DNA from: Guillardia theta CCMP2712
Lineage: Eukaryota > Protista > Cryptophyta
Assembly (NCBI RefSeq): GCF_000315625.1
Contig: NW_005434538.1
Coordinates: forward strand, 113,865-149,793
DNA length: 35,929 bases
Direction: 5' to 3'
The notes beneath the pieces are model-generated. The model saw nothing but the letters and a program-made list of their open reading frames with translations, did not search any database and was not told the origin of the DNA. The translations under genes and the position numbers were made by a program. How positions within the stretch are numbered: position 1 is the first letter of the stretch; the number at the start of each line of letters is the position of its first letter. Positions 11,301-22,732 of this stretch are shown here, one piece after another.

Positions 11301-12369
11301 GGAGTACGCGCTGACTTGTCTTCCTATCTTTGCGCTGAGTGGTTCATTCTTCAATACCCTCTTCACTGACTTGAGAGCACGGGAGGTCATCATAGACTCC
11401 AGCACGATCCGACTCAACCACGTCGTCCTCTTCTCCGTCTGGTTGTTCCTGTGGCTGTGGAGGAAACACCTGCTGTACAAGTCCTACAAGAAGGTCGAGA
11501 AGGACTTGGTGGAGTACGAGGAGCTCTGGAAGAAGGTGGCGGAGGATGAGGAGACAGTCTCTGCGCTTCGTGTGAAGTTTGCCAAGATCGCCCACAACCA
11601 CCAGTCCTCGTCTGCCCTCCAGCACGTGTTCCTGTGCCCAGGGCCAGCGCTCAAGAGATTTCTGCTCTGGATGGAGAGGACTCTGCATGTGCAGGTGGAA
11701 GATGAGTGGCAGCACGAGCAGGGTAGCAGCTCAAGGCTGGGCTCGCTGACAGACATCATGAGGCATCTGAACCCGCTGTCATCCCACCTGCGAATCTCTT
11801 CCCTCGAGCAGCTTTACGCGCAAGCACTGATGGTGCAGCCTATCTTCTTCAAGAAGCTACAGGAGATCGGGTCTCAGTGTAACTGCTTGTTCCCTGTCAG
11901 CGACAGGTCGAGGAGGGCGGAGCGGTACATCACGTGGGCCAGCGCCTATGAGGGCGGGGGTGGGGTACTCGCCGTGAAGCCGCCGATCCTGAAGAACGTG
12001 AACCGGGCGATACAGAAGGTGATCCGGTCCTACAACGGTGACGTGTCGCGGCTGGTGGACATAGTTCGCTATGCGCTGGTGTTCGAGGACATACGGGAGC
12101 TGTCGAGAGCGATCGATATCATCCTGGAGGACCCGCATATTGAAATCATGAGGGTCAAGAACAGGCTCGTGCAGAGTTACAACGCCTTGGCGTCTGTGGG
12201 ATACCGAGACATCTGCCTGAACATCCGCATCTCCAACGATGACACCAAGAGATTCTGCGTGGCTGGGTACCGCTGCGAGCTCCAGCTCGTCCTCAAGAGC
12301 TTCATGGACCTGAGAGTGGAGAAGGGGCACAAGAACTATCGGATCTTCCGCGATCAGAGGTGCGAGTAG
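8374..12369 (+). CDS. Multipass membrane protein with two tandem RelA/SpoT-like (nucleotidyltransferase) domains, ~1,300 aa
   Basis: Exons 8374-8883, 8938-9051 and 9100-12369 (54-nt and 48-nt phase-0 introns). The 5' end may extend via an exon at 8218-8275 and a 42-nt intron at 8276-8317. Domain 1 (~9600-10140): LKRVDRAVEK / DVVR / RVMHVRDRL / GYRDITL / CEVRL. Domain 2 (~11800-12366): LKNVNRAIQK / DIVR / IMRVKNRL / GYRDICL / CELQL / GHKNY. Each domain is preceded by a block of about 6 hydrophobic helices. Confidence 0.8.
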
Positions 12370-13104
12370 TGACGACGATGCTCTGCAATTTCCTTCAGAT
12401 TTGTTCTTGTCTGGTCACGAGCGCTGCCAAAAAGGACAACGTCAGCGCTGCTCGGGTGAGGATTCTTGAAACGAAGTTCACTGAATGGAAGGATTATGAG
12501 AATAGCTTACAATCTGAGGGAAGGAAGGAGGGCACAAGGGGGAGGAAAGGAAGAATCACAAGGAGGGTAGACGGTATGTAATTCGGGAGCCAACACCTTC
12601 ACATGAAGCAAATTCAACTGGAATCAGTGTGATGGATTTAACGAAAATAAGTGGCTATCAGTTTGAAATGACTGAACTGACTTTGCATTCTTGTTTTCTA
12701 GTAATTTTGCAATGATACAATATCCAGAAATTGGGTAGAAATTTTGTGCTTGATTTTCATTGGAAATGTCAAGCGTGTAAAGATAGTTAAAATTTTTCTT
12801 GTGCGCAGTACGAATAATCATGTTGAATGATTGAATCACTTTCTTCGTGATCGACATCTGATTTACCTTCTTCTTTCCACCCCCTCACTTTTGCATGATA
12901 CACCTTTTGACAGATTCAAGAACACAAAATGCCGTCCTCAAATTGAGCAACTTTGACATGCAACCCATTCATCTACCCGCCAACCCACCCACCCACCCAC
13001 CTGCTCCTACTCGTTCCTCTTGCTTCCCTCCTTGATTTACCATTCTGATATGACCGCATCTCTCCTGTCGACATAGGAAACAACCACACTTGTGCAAAAT
13101 CGTT

Positions 13105-13214
13105 CACGTTCGACTCCGGGGACGCGTCCTACAAGAGGAGTGTCCCTCAAGAAGGAGCGAGCTGTTCCGTCCAAACCCCACGAGGTGGAAGATCGGATGC
13201 TCCATTCTCAACAT
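13105..13214 (+). repeat. Diverged copy of ~110 bp of the phosphatase exon at 17116-17226
   Basis: cacgttcgactccggggacgcgtcctacaagaggag...gatgctccattctcaacat aligns with cacgtccgactccggggacgtgtccaacaagaggag...gatgctcccatcttcaacat. Confidence 0.9.
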
Positions 13215-13312
13215 AAACTTGTGGCATGATAAATGTTTTCACAGATGAACACAAAATTGTCGACCACACGGCAGGACTCCGTCCTCCTGGCACTCTCTTC
13301 CGCCATTGTGTC

Positions 13313-13481
13313 AACGAAAGTAACTTTGCCTTCACCTGCGACCTCGACTGGCACTACCTCGAAACTCTTGGTCCTTCCTATCAAGGCGCTGCCAGATTAT
13401 GCCTAGCCAACTTCCACCAGTGCCATCCGAAGTTCTACCAACATGAATCCGAAGCGAGGTGAAGGCAAAGTTACTTTCGTT
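13313..13481. repeat. Perfect 25-bp inverted repeat enclosing 119 bp
   Basis: aacgaaagtaactttgccttcacct at 13313-13337 and its reverse complement at 13457-13481. Confidence 0.9.
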
Positions 13482-15310
13482 AACTCCCAAAACGACATGT
13501 ACATACTTATGCACGCTGCTCTATTCGGAATAATCACTGATCGCACTTGTCCTCTGCTCCTAGTTCTGCTCGCTTTCCTCCAGCTTATCCTCTTCCCTTA
13601 ACTCCATTCTTCTACGTTGGTTGTTTTGCTGTACTTTCGTAGTCTTGTCTTTACTTTCCAACTCTTTGCTCATCGATCGTGCTCCATCCTCCCTCCCTTT
13701 TTCTAGCGGGGTTACATCACGCTTTCTCCCTCCCTCATCCTGACGATCCTCCTCTCTTCTCCTCCTTGCAAGCATACTCCTCCTACTCTGTCTTCGCTCC
13801 TCCTCCCAACATGCAGGATCCCAATCCACTTTGCAAATTTTAAAATTGTATTTTGATGATATTCGGTACAAACTACACTACCTGGAATATGAATTCATTG
13901 CTACGTTTCTCAGTTTTTATATAGTTTTATAAACAGGTACCACGTACAAAATTCCCCAACAGCTCAAATGTGGTATCGGAAAGTTAAAACACCCGGTACC
14001 ATAAACCTACTATATACCTTTTAGAGGCCGGGACCCGGTTCAAAATTTCCACGGAAAACTTGATATTTTTCATTTGCCTTCGTTGAATCATCAACTCACT
14101 TTTGAAATATTGAGATGAATTTTCAGTATTGGACTTCTGTATTGCTGCGAAAAAGTCCCGTTGTTGCTCGGGGCCCTGGACTTCATGGGGGGTAGGGGTG
14201 ATAGCCCTGCCATCCCATGGGTAGGGTGGGTTAGAAACACACGGGTCCTCTTCCTCTGATGATCGGTACCACAGCAGAGTCGGGAGGGTGGGGTACAATG
14301 CAAATCAAGGGTGTTTTGGGGAAGAACTCACAACCATTGGGGCAGAGGGTACTCTTTAGCAGTCACAAGGGGGTAGGGGTCATGAGCACTCGTGGAAATT
14401 CCGTGGTGGGGGTATAGGTTCGTTAGGGAACGAAGGGGTGGGGGGTCAGTTGCCGAAATCTGAACAGGCCAGGTACGGTAGTGCAATGTAGGGTAGGGTA
14501 TGGTGGGGTAGGGTAGGGGGCGATCGGTATGGTGTGCAGGCGGAAGTGGGGACGATGAAAGCAGGCGGAGGAAGGGGCAGAAGAGGAGGAGGGGATGAGG
14601 GAGGGATGAACAAGAGATGAAAGATCTAGTGTGGAACGGGATGCGAACCATGGAGATGGAGAAAGACGAGTCACGAAGCAAGCATAGGAAACGGCATCAG
14701 CCTGAATGTCATGTCGGATCAAGTATGGCAAAAAAGTGCAAAAGTCGATTGGCAATCAAGTAGAACAGATAGCATTCATAGATGCACAAAGGTTTCACGA
14801 TGTTTTTCTATTCGTTTCTTCAGGGTCTCGTGGTGATTTTTGTCAGTGATAGTTAGATTTCTGTGATGAGAGGATCGTGGGATGCGGGCACGGAGAGGTA
14901 GACAGAGAAGGGTCTTGTTGTTATCAGAATGTTGTGATCAGGTTCTGATCATCAAGATAATTATCAAATCGAAATGTTTTGTTTGTTTTCTCTTATGTAT
15001 TGTTGATATGTCTTGAACTTAAAACGGCATTTGTTGGCCGGGGAGACTAGTGAAACAGGTGCAACACAACACAGAGTTGCAATAAGATTCTCCTTCCCAT
15101 CGTTTCTTGACATGTTGATGTCTATAATGTGCAAAGATTGACAAATGCTTCACAGTCTGGCGCAATGCCACGAGTTAGGAATACATCGCGGGATTGAGCT
15201 TTGACAATGAGGTTTGGTAGTTGCTTGCATCGCAGAAGAGGTAAGTTGATGCCTGCTATTCTTTCCTGGTGCTCAATGTTGTGTTTGTCACAGAAATCTG
15301 ATTCTTAGAC

Positions 15311-18300
15311 ATGGGCTGTGATTGGTCCAAGGGTGCTGGAGGGTATTCCAACTACGATGAATTCCCCGACGGTCCCTACTCCCTCCTCAGTGTGTCTGTG
15401 GAGGATATCAGAATACCGAGGAAACTGAATTCGAAGCGCGGATCAGCCAAGAAAAGGTGAATAGAACATCATCAACATCGACGCAGCCCTTCCTTCTTTG
15501 CCGTCTGCCTCACCCTCGCGCCCTAGTTTTAGACTCGACGTCCCTCTCCTCTCTTAACTCCCCTCTCCTCTCATACCTCCCCTCTCCTCTCTTACCTTCC
15601 CGCCCCTCCTCTCCGTCTCCATCCCCCTACTTCCCCCCTCGTTGCTCTCCTTGCTACCATCCCGCCTTTCAAGTCTCCCCTTCCTCGCTGCCACCCGATC
15701 AAACTCGCTGTCGATGTAACCCTCGGCTATAGAGACAAACGGAAGAACAAGTCAGAAGGACCAGAGAAGGGGCGAAAACGAACTCTAGATGACGAGGTCG
15801 GTTTGATCCTGATTGTTTGAAACTCTGAGAGGCTGATTGCAGACTCCTGATCCTAACGTTAATGAGATCCCGAAAGGGTTCAAACTGAATCTCGGAAACG
15901 TCAAACCTGTTGTGGATGACAAAGACTGTGAGCACTGTGATGTTGACTGTCGATTTGTTATTCATCCTGTCTTCAGTCGCAAACAAGCACGAGAAAGATG
16001 TGCCTGCGAAGAAACCAGAGCCAGCAGCTCATCCAAGGTATCCATCTGATTATGCCCGGTTTGTGACAGACTTTCATGATGTCTCTTTACAGACTTGGCC
16101 TACCATCGATGGAAACGAAACTCAAACTGGACATATCGAAAGCACAAGAGATTCCTAGGGAACCCACTGAGAGGCAGCTGAGGAAGGAGAAGCTAGACAA
16201 GTACGAGAAGGAGTGTACCCGCATCACAGACTACCTGTATGTTGGAGGACTTCACGTGGCCCAGAACTTGGAGCTCTTGAAAGGAGTTGGTATCTCCCAC
16301 ATCATCAACTGCAGCAGAATCACTTCTGAGAACTTTTTCCCGGACTCTTTTACTTACATGTCTATTTACATCAACGATGCGCCATCTGAGGACATCTCCT
16401 GTCACATCTACGATGCTGTTCACTTCATCGACAAGGCTCGTAAGGCAGGAAAGAAAATTTTGGTTCATTGCACTCAAGGGGTGTCGAGATCCTGTTCAAT
16501 TTGTATTGCTTACACCATGTTGAAAGAGAAAGTCTCTTACGATGAGGCTTTTCAGCGACTGAAATTGAAAAGAGGCATCTGCAACCCAAACGCAGGATTT
16601 TGCAGCCAACTGGTGCGATGGAGTAAGAGAATTCTCGATGTACACGCTTGGAGCCCAGAGTCAGTTGCCGATGCCGCTCCTCGCCTGTTCAAAGTGGATT
16701 TTTATTATCCCAGCGTGAAGGAGGCTGGGATTTCTGCGATGTTGATAGAGAACAAGGGGAACGAGGACGTGGAGCTATCTCCGGACTGTGTCTACATCGT
16801 CGATGGTCCATTGGACATCCTGATTTGGATTGGAAAGTCATCAACGAACGCGCACGTTCAAGCTGCAAAGGAGGCTGTACAGAATTTTCAGAGGTATGAA
16901 GGATCGCCATCGGGGAGCGAGGAGGTGAAGCAGGGGGAGGAAGCTGAGCGGCATGTGGCGCAGCTGAGGAAGTTGCGATGCTTGCTGCCAGGAGGGGGAG
17001 AGGCGAAGGAGTACAGTCGATCTTCTGACAAGACCGAGAAGACCATTGTTCCCCTGTCATCAACGCGAGATCCGCAGTTGAAGGAGCCAGCAGTGCAGGA
17101 GACGTCAAGTCCGTCCACGTCCGACTCCGGGGACGTGTCCAACAAGAGGAGTTTCCCTCAAGGAGGAGCAAGCTGCACCGTCCAAACCCCACGAGGCGGA
17201 AGGTCGGATGCTCCCATCTTCAACATGAAGGTGAGGAGATGAGAACGAAGATGACGATGAGGAGGAGGATGAGGAGGAGGTGGGAGAGGGGGGAGGACTG
17301 TAATGATGCTCGAATGATCGTGATTGAGGACTTGATAATGTTGCCTATGCCGATGGAGATGAAGGAAAGAGGGATGGATGGATGGGTGAAATGGATGTGA
17401 GTTAGGTAGATGATAGATATCATGACGGAATGTTTCAGCTATCGTTGAATCTGCCGACTGCTCAAGTTTCTCCCGTGAAGGAGGCGGTAGAAGAAACCAA
17501 GACTTCTCCGACCCCTTCAAGTCCCTACAGTCAGGATGGTCAAATGATGCGGATGTTTGAGATTGCAGAGGATCACAGCAAGGTGAATTTCACGTCCATT
17601 CCTTTCCTCCTCCTCTCTCCCTCCTCCTCTCTCCCTCCTCCTCCCCTCCAAGTTCTCTGCTTGTCCATTGGTTTTTGGCAGTCGTTGCATATGGGTATCG
17701 TCTTTCCCGCCGCTCTCCTTCATCCTTCTTCCCCTCTCTTTCTTCACTCCTTCATAGCATGCCTGGTTTCTTCCTTGTGATTCATGATGATACCAGTGGG
17801 ATGAGCTCGACAACTTCGATTCCGATGACTTGTGGCCGAGCAAGGTTGGGAGGGGAGAGAGGGGGAGGGGAGAGAGAGGAGGATGAAGTGGAGCGAGAGG
17901 GGAAGGGGAGCGAGAGAAGGAGGTTCTGAAGGGGTACTAGGCCTTCATTCTCCTAGAGCGATCGGAGGATGCAGTGCCTGCGTACGTCTGGATCGGCAGC
18001 GAGTTCGAAGGGGTTGAGGTGAGGAGGAGAATCTCTTTGGGTTTTGCCCGCTCATTCTCCATGCGCAGGATGTCGATGATGAGGAGGAATGTCATGAGTT
18101 TGCAAGGAAGTCTGTCAAAACCTTCACCAAGGTGTCTCCTCTGCTCCTGCCACTCGACTCTCCTCTACCTCCTCCGTCTCCTGCTCCTTCGTGTTCATAT
18201 CCCCTCCTCGTCAGTCTTTCCTCTCTTAACGTCTCCTGTTTCCCTCAAGTCTCTCTTGTATGTCCTTCTTCGATGTCTCCTTGTGTCTCTCTCGAGCTGA

Positions 18301-18622
18301 CGATCGTGCAGGCTCTCGGCATCACCATCGAAGATCTTCATGTTGTAACCGAGGGACAAGAACCTGACTCGGTGAGACTCCTGCGCGCTCCACCAACTTA
18401 CTTGCAAGCTCCTCCTCTCCTTCCCCTCTCCTCCTCCTCCTCCACCACCACCATCTCCTCCTCCTCCTCCTCTTCCTCCTCCCTCCTTCTCGTCCTCGTC
18501 CTCGTCCTCGTCCTTCTCCCTACTCCTTTTCCTCCTCCTTCATCCTCCCGCTGCCCTTCATTTCCTCCGCTTCTTATGATCCTGTCTCTCTGCAGTTCTG
18601 GGATTTGTTCGAGCTTGGTTAG
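15311..18622 (+). CDS. MKP1: MAP kinase phosphatase 1-like dual-specificity phosphatase with gelsolin-like domains
   Basis: Eleven in-phase exons: 15311-15456, 15733-15796, 15843-15927, 15977-16037, 16093-17230, 17439-17582, 17797-17844, 17941-18018, 18069-18131, 18312-18371, 18596-18622. Motifs: ITDYLYVGG, catalytic HCTQGVSRS, CNPNAGF. Gelsolin-type segments CVYIVD..ILIWIGK..VKQGEE and FDSDDL..AYVWIG..EGQEPDSFW match the plant MKP1 architecture. Confidence 0.9.
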
Positions 18623-18650
18623 AGGTGTCCCGACACGTTATTGTTCTTCA

Positions 18651-18788
18651 TCTAACTCAATATCATGTTGAAAGTGAATCAACCCGTTAAAGTGTCACCA
18701 TGTAAAGACAACTCACAAAGTCTAACTCAATATCATGTTGAAAGTGAATCAACCCGTTAAAGTGTCACCATGTAAAGACAACTCACAA
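18651..18788. repeat. 70-bp tandem duplication between two convergent 3' ends
   Basis: tctaactcaatatcatgttgaaagtgaatcaacccgttaaagtgtcaccatgtaaagacaactcacaa starts at 18651 and again at 18721. Confidence 0.95.
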
Positions 18789-18967
18789 GGGCTCTGATAA
18801 CCTGCTCTCCCATGGTACCCTGAATGTTCCCCTCCCTTCTCGAATCTCCGCCCGGTTTCCCTCCACTTTGCTGTTCATGACCTCAACTCCCCCGGGTCCT
18901 TCCGGTCTTGCTGCTGCTCCTGTCATGAGCGAGCTTCTGCCGACGGCTCTTGCCCCTGCCATACGAG

Positions 18968-20141
18968 TCATCGCTTGCTCAAGACAGGCAGGAGGGCAAC
19001 CGTCTTTCTGCGGAGGAGGCTGATCTGCGAGGAGAGGAGACTCTGGTGCGTCTCTACTGACCTTCCAGGTACCTTGCAAGCAGAGTCAACAGATCGCAGG
19101 CTGAGAAGTAGGAGCAGGGGGGGGGTGGAGGAGGGTGAGTCCAGGAGGAGGAGGTAGTGGTGGTAGTAACACCTCCACGTTCCTCGGCGCATGCACTGAT
19201 GTTCCTCCGTCTAGTGTCTTGTCGGAAAGGAAAACTTTCATTCCCACACAGCAGTTCTCTCCGATCTGTCATTCAGCTTCATCAATGTCCTTTTCTCCCT
19301 CCCTCAGCCAATCTCCTCCTGCTCTTCCCGTTCCTATTCCAGCTCTGACTGTTCCCCTCTTCAACACTATGACTTCCTCCTCCTGCTCCTCCTCCTCCTC
19401 CTGTCTGCTCATCATTAATCCTCTTCCTACTCTTTTTCCTCTCCCATGCTATTTTCACCTTGCAATTCTCTATCGTCGCCATAGTTTCCACCGCAGAGAA
19501 GTTTCCGATGCAGCTGTCAGTGATCGATGCGCCGACTTCGAGGATGCACTCAGATCCTATCGTCAGCTCGCCATGCGTGGACCTGCTCGCGGTCATGAAC
19601 GAGCAGGGGAGAGGGAAGGGGAGGGGGAGGAGGCGGATGTTTTACCGTACTCGCACCCTCTCCTCTATGATCGTGTGCTCGCCAACTACGATGGTTGCTC
19701 CTGTTGAAGCCAGCAGTTCGCAGCGAGGATGGAGGAAAGTTCCATGCCCTATGATAACGTTGCCCTCGATTCTACATCGAAGCATGTCAGATCCTTGCTT
19801 CATCCCCCTCCCATCCCACTTCCTCTGTTCGCTGTTCCACTCCGTCATCCTCCTCCTCCTCCTCCTCCTCCTCATCCTCATCCTCCTCTGTTTCTTTCTC
19901 GTCTTGTTCCATTGCTTTCTATAAACCCTGTCCTGGTCCCTTCCTCGTGAATCAAGAGCCTGTTCAAGCTCCAGACCCACATCCAGATCCTCCTAATCCT
20001 TCTCTCTCTTTCTCTGCGTCTCTACCTCTGCCTCTGCCTCTGCCTCTGCCTCTGCCTCTACCTCTACCTCTACCTCTACCTCCCTCCCTCCCTCTTGCTC
20101 CTTCTCGCTCACCTAACATCTTGCGCCATGTTTCCTTCCAT
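18968..20141 (-). CDS. DCTN6: Dynactin subunit 6 (p27), left-handed beta-helix protein
   Basis: Exons 20141-20113, 19771-19646, 19582-19459, 19265-19173 and ~19072-18968 give MEGNMAQDVRIEGNVIIGHGTFLHPRCELLASTGATIVVGEHTIIEERVRVRSTHGELTIGSECILEVGA...IGENCCVG. This matches the p27 pattern (GxVxIG..T..HP...I.IGE..IIEE; IG..N.FEVG). Confidence 0.75.
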
Positions 20142-20549
20142 CACGCATTCGATAAACCCTCATTCAGGGACTGTTGAACCCCTCAGTGACTCGGTTCATA
20201 CTATCATAGCCGCCGGGCGGGCCCCCCGGGCCCGGGCCCCGGCCCCGGCCCGGGTTGACCTCCACTCGCGGCCTCTAGACAGAGATGAGTCACCCTGTTG
20301 TGAGAAGTCAGAAGAGCAGTAGTCGTTATCCGATCAGTGCCAGTGCCGTATGATCATACGATTGACTATTCCGTGGCAATCCGAAATCAGAGCAAGATAT
20401 AATCGCAGAGCTAAATTCCAGGTACGCGTTTGCAAGGGCAAGTGCTGGGGTAGGAGCATACAGTTATGTAACAGTTGACACTCCTTGTGTCTGCCATGAA
20501 ACACACTGCCCCGTTTCGCTGTTCAAGTATTGAGCACCGACCGGGTTGG

Positions 20550-22520
20550 TAGAGCCAGCGGCCACAACGGTCCGATCGAGTCGAGCTGGACTGGGCCGAG
20601 CCAGAGATCGAGAGCTTTCATCGCAGCTGAGAGGCCTTGAAAAGTTCAGCTGGGAGGCTGGTGAGGCGGTTGTAGCTCAGGTTCAGCAGCTAAGGCTTGA
20701 CGGGGTCTCAAACGTGCCTGAGAAGATGGCGGAGACGTCGTTGAAGCTGAGATTCAGCTTGTGGATGTTTGACATGAAGGTCGAGCAGCAGGGAGGTTGG
20801 GTTCCCTTCCAAGGTCCCAGAAGGAGAGCTGCTGAGGTAGTTGTAGCTGAGTTTTCACGACTGTAACCGGATGACACCGCTCAAGGATCGCAGAGACAGA
20901 GACTGCTAGTCGTTTGCGGCAAGGTGGAATATGTTCAACGTTGAAAGGCCCGCAAACAAGTCAGCCTGCACCTCTGAGGGGTAGTTGAAGCTCAGCCTGC
21001 ATCTCTGAGAGGTAGTTGAAGCTCAGCCTGCATCTCTGAGAGGTAGTCGAAGCTCAGTTCAACACCTGGAAAGCCCCTGGAAGGTCTGGGATGAGAGGTC
21101 CGTTAGCTGGTTGTGCTGAAGCTTCAGGGACTCCAACCTTGAAAGATTTCCAAACACGCCAGTTTGAATGTCGAGCATCTGATGGCTGTCAAGTTGAAGC
21201 ATCACCAAATATCCTGACGTTCCAAGTCTCTAGCTTGTTGTAAGACAGACTGAGATAGTTCAGGTTTTGAAGCTCCGCAAAGCTCCCAGTTGAGACACTA
21301 GGGCTGAGCTGATTGTTGTTGAGGTAGAGGCCCAACAGGTTGGTGAGGCCGGACAAGCATCTCGTTGGCAGTGCGGTGAAGCTGTTTGAGCCCAGGTAGA
21401 TGCGTTGAAAGTTCCCGCAGGGATACTTGTCAGCTGGTTTCCAGCAAGTGAAAGAAAAGTTTACATTGATGCGGTCAGAGGTAAAGAGATTGGTCAGGTT
21501 GTTGTTGTCCAGTGCGAGGGAAGAAAGACTTGAAAGCGAGTCAAGGATGGCGTCAATGCTTGTCAACTGATTGTTCTTTAATTTGTGAGTGAGCTCAACG
21601 CACTGAAAGTTCTGGTAAAAGATGTGTGAGATGGTTGTTGTTCAAGATCACTCCATTAAGTTTCGACCTCTGTCCATAAAGACTGTCCATCATTGAATCG
21701 CAGGCTCCGATCTCAACGGTCGTCAGCTTGTTGTTGCTGAGGTCCAGCTGATATAGACCGTTGGATGCGGTGAAAGTTCCAGGTTGTCGTCCACATAGAG
21801 ATACAACAGGCTCGAGAGCCCGTCAAACGTGTCTCCCAGCAGCGTTGAGATCAAGTTTGAGCTGATCGTTAAAGCTGCAAGACTCCGAAGCTTGTCAAAG
21901 CCTCTTGAAGCAAGGCTGGTAAGCTGGTTTGACGAGCCGGTGAGAAAGTTGGAGGAGAGAGAGAGACACTGCAAGCTCGAGAGACTGACGGAGGTGCTCA
22001 AGCTCAGTTGATCGATCACATTGTAAGAGAGATCAAGGCCTTGCAAGCTCGAGGGGTTGGCAACGAAACGCGAGGGGATGCTTGAGAGGTTGTTTGAAGG
22101 AGAGATAGAGAGTCTGCAAGCTCGGGAGACCGGCGAACGTCCCTTCGACGAGGACAGAGAGCTTGTTGTCTGACAGATCAAGATTTGTCAACCTAGTCAG
22201 CCCGCCGAAGGTGTCGAGGAGGATTGCAGACAAATCCTTGGATGAAAGATCCACAGATGAGAGGACAGTGAGGCTGTCGAATGTTCCTGGAACCACGTCA
22301 GAGAGCTTGTTTGAGGCGAGCGCTAGACCGGGTAAGCTTGAGAGACCGTTGAAGGTGCTCAAGCTGAGTTGATCGATCCTGTTGTAAGAGAGAGCAAGGC
22401 CTTGCAAGCTCAAGGGGTTGGCGAAGAGAGTCGAGGGGATGCTTGAGAGGTTGTTTGGAGGAGAGATAGAGATCCTCCACAGACCATCGAACGTCCCGGT
22501 TGAAAGGTTGACAAGCTTGC
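20550..22520 (-). pseudogene. Degenerate leucine-rich-repeat (typical extracellular-type LRR) pseudogene
   Basis: Many LxxLxLxxNxL units (LSYNRIDQL, LASNKLSDV, LSDNKLSVL, LNNNQLSP, LSYNKLET) are scattered over several frames with frameshifts and stops and no compensating introns. Internal duplication 21992-22110 vs 22353-22471. Confidence 0.8.
20961..21057. repeat. 31-bp tandem repeat x3 inside the LRR relic
   Basis: Unit tcagcctgcatctctgagaggtagttgaagc occurs three times with 1-2 mismatches; the unit length is not a multiple of 3. Confidence 0.9.
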
Positions 22521-22732
22521 GATGTTCATCCGTTTCAAGATATCATTGTTTCTCTTCTTTCATTTCATTCTACATGTCATTCATCAGAGATACCATTTCA
22601 TTCATGAATTTATTCACTGTTGTTCGTCAGATTCTGTTTTCAACATATTTATTCATTCCTTCAAGTTCACACATTCATTCCTGTCATCTCAGCCCAACCT
22701 CTTCGCCATAAATCGTATCCCCTCCCGCACTT

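Noticed and set aside
20961-21057. CRISPR-like array
   Set aside because: Head-to-tail tandem units without spacers, in eukaryotic DNA, with no cas genes.
8374-22520. Functional immune/signalling cluster of synthetase-like receptor + MKP1 + LRR
   Set aside because: Only adjacency supports it, a housekeeping gene (DCTN6) intervenes, and eukaryotic neighbours are usually unrelated.
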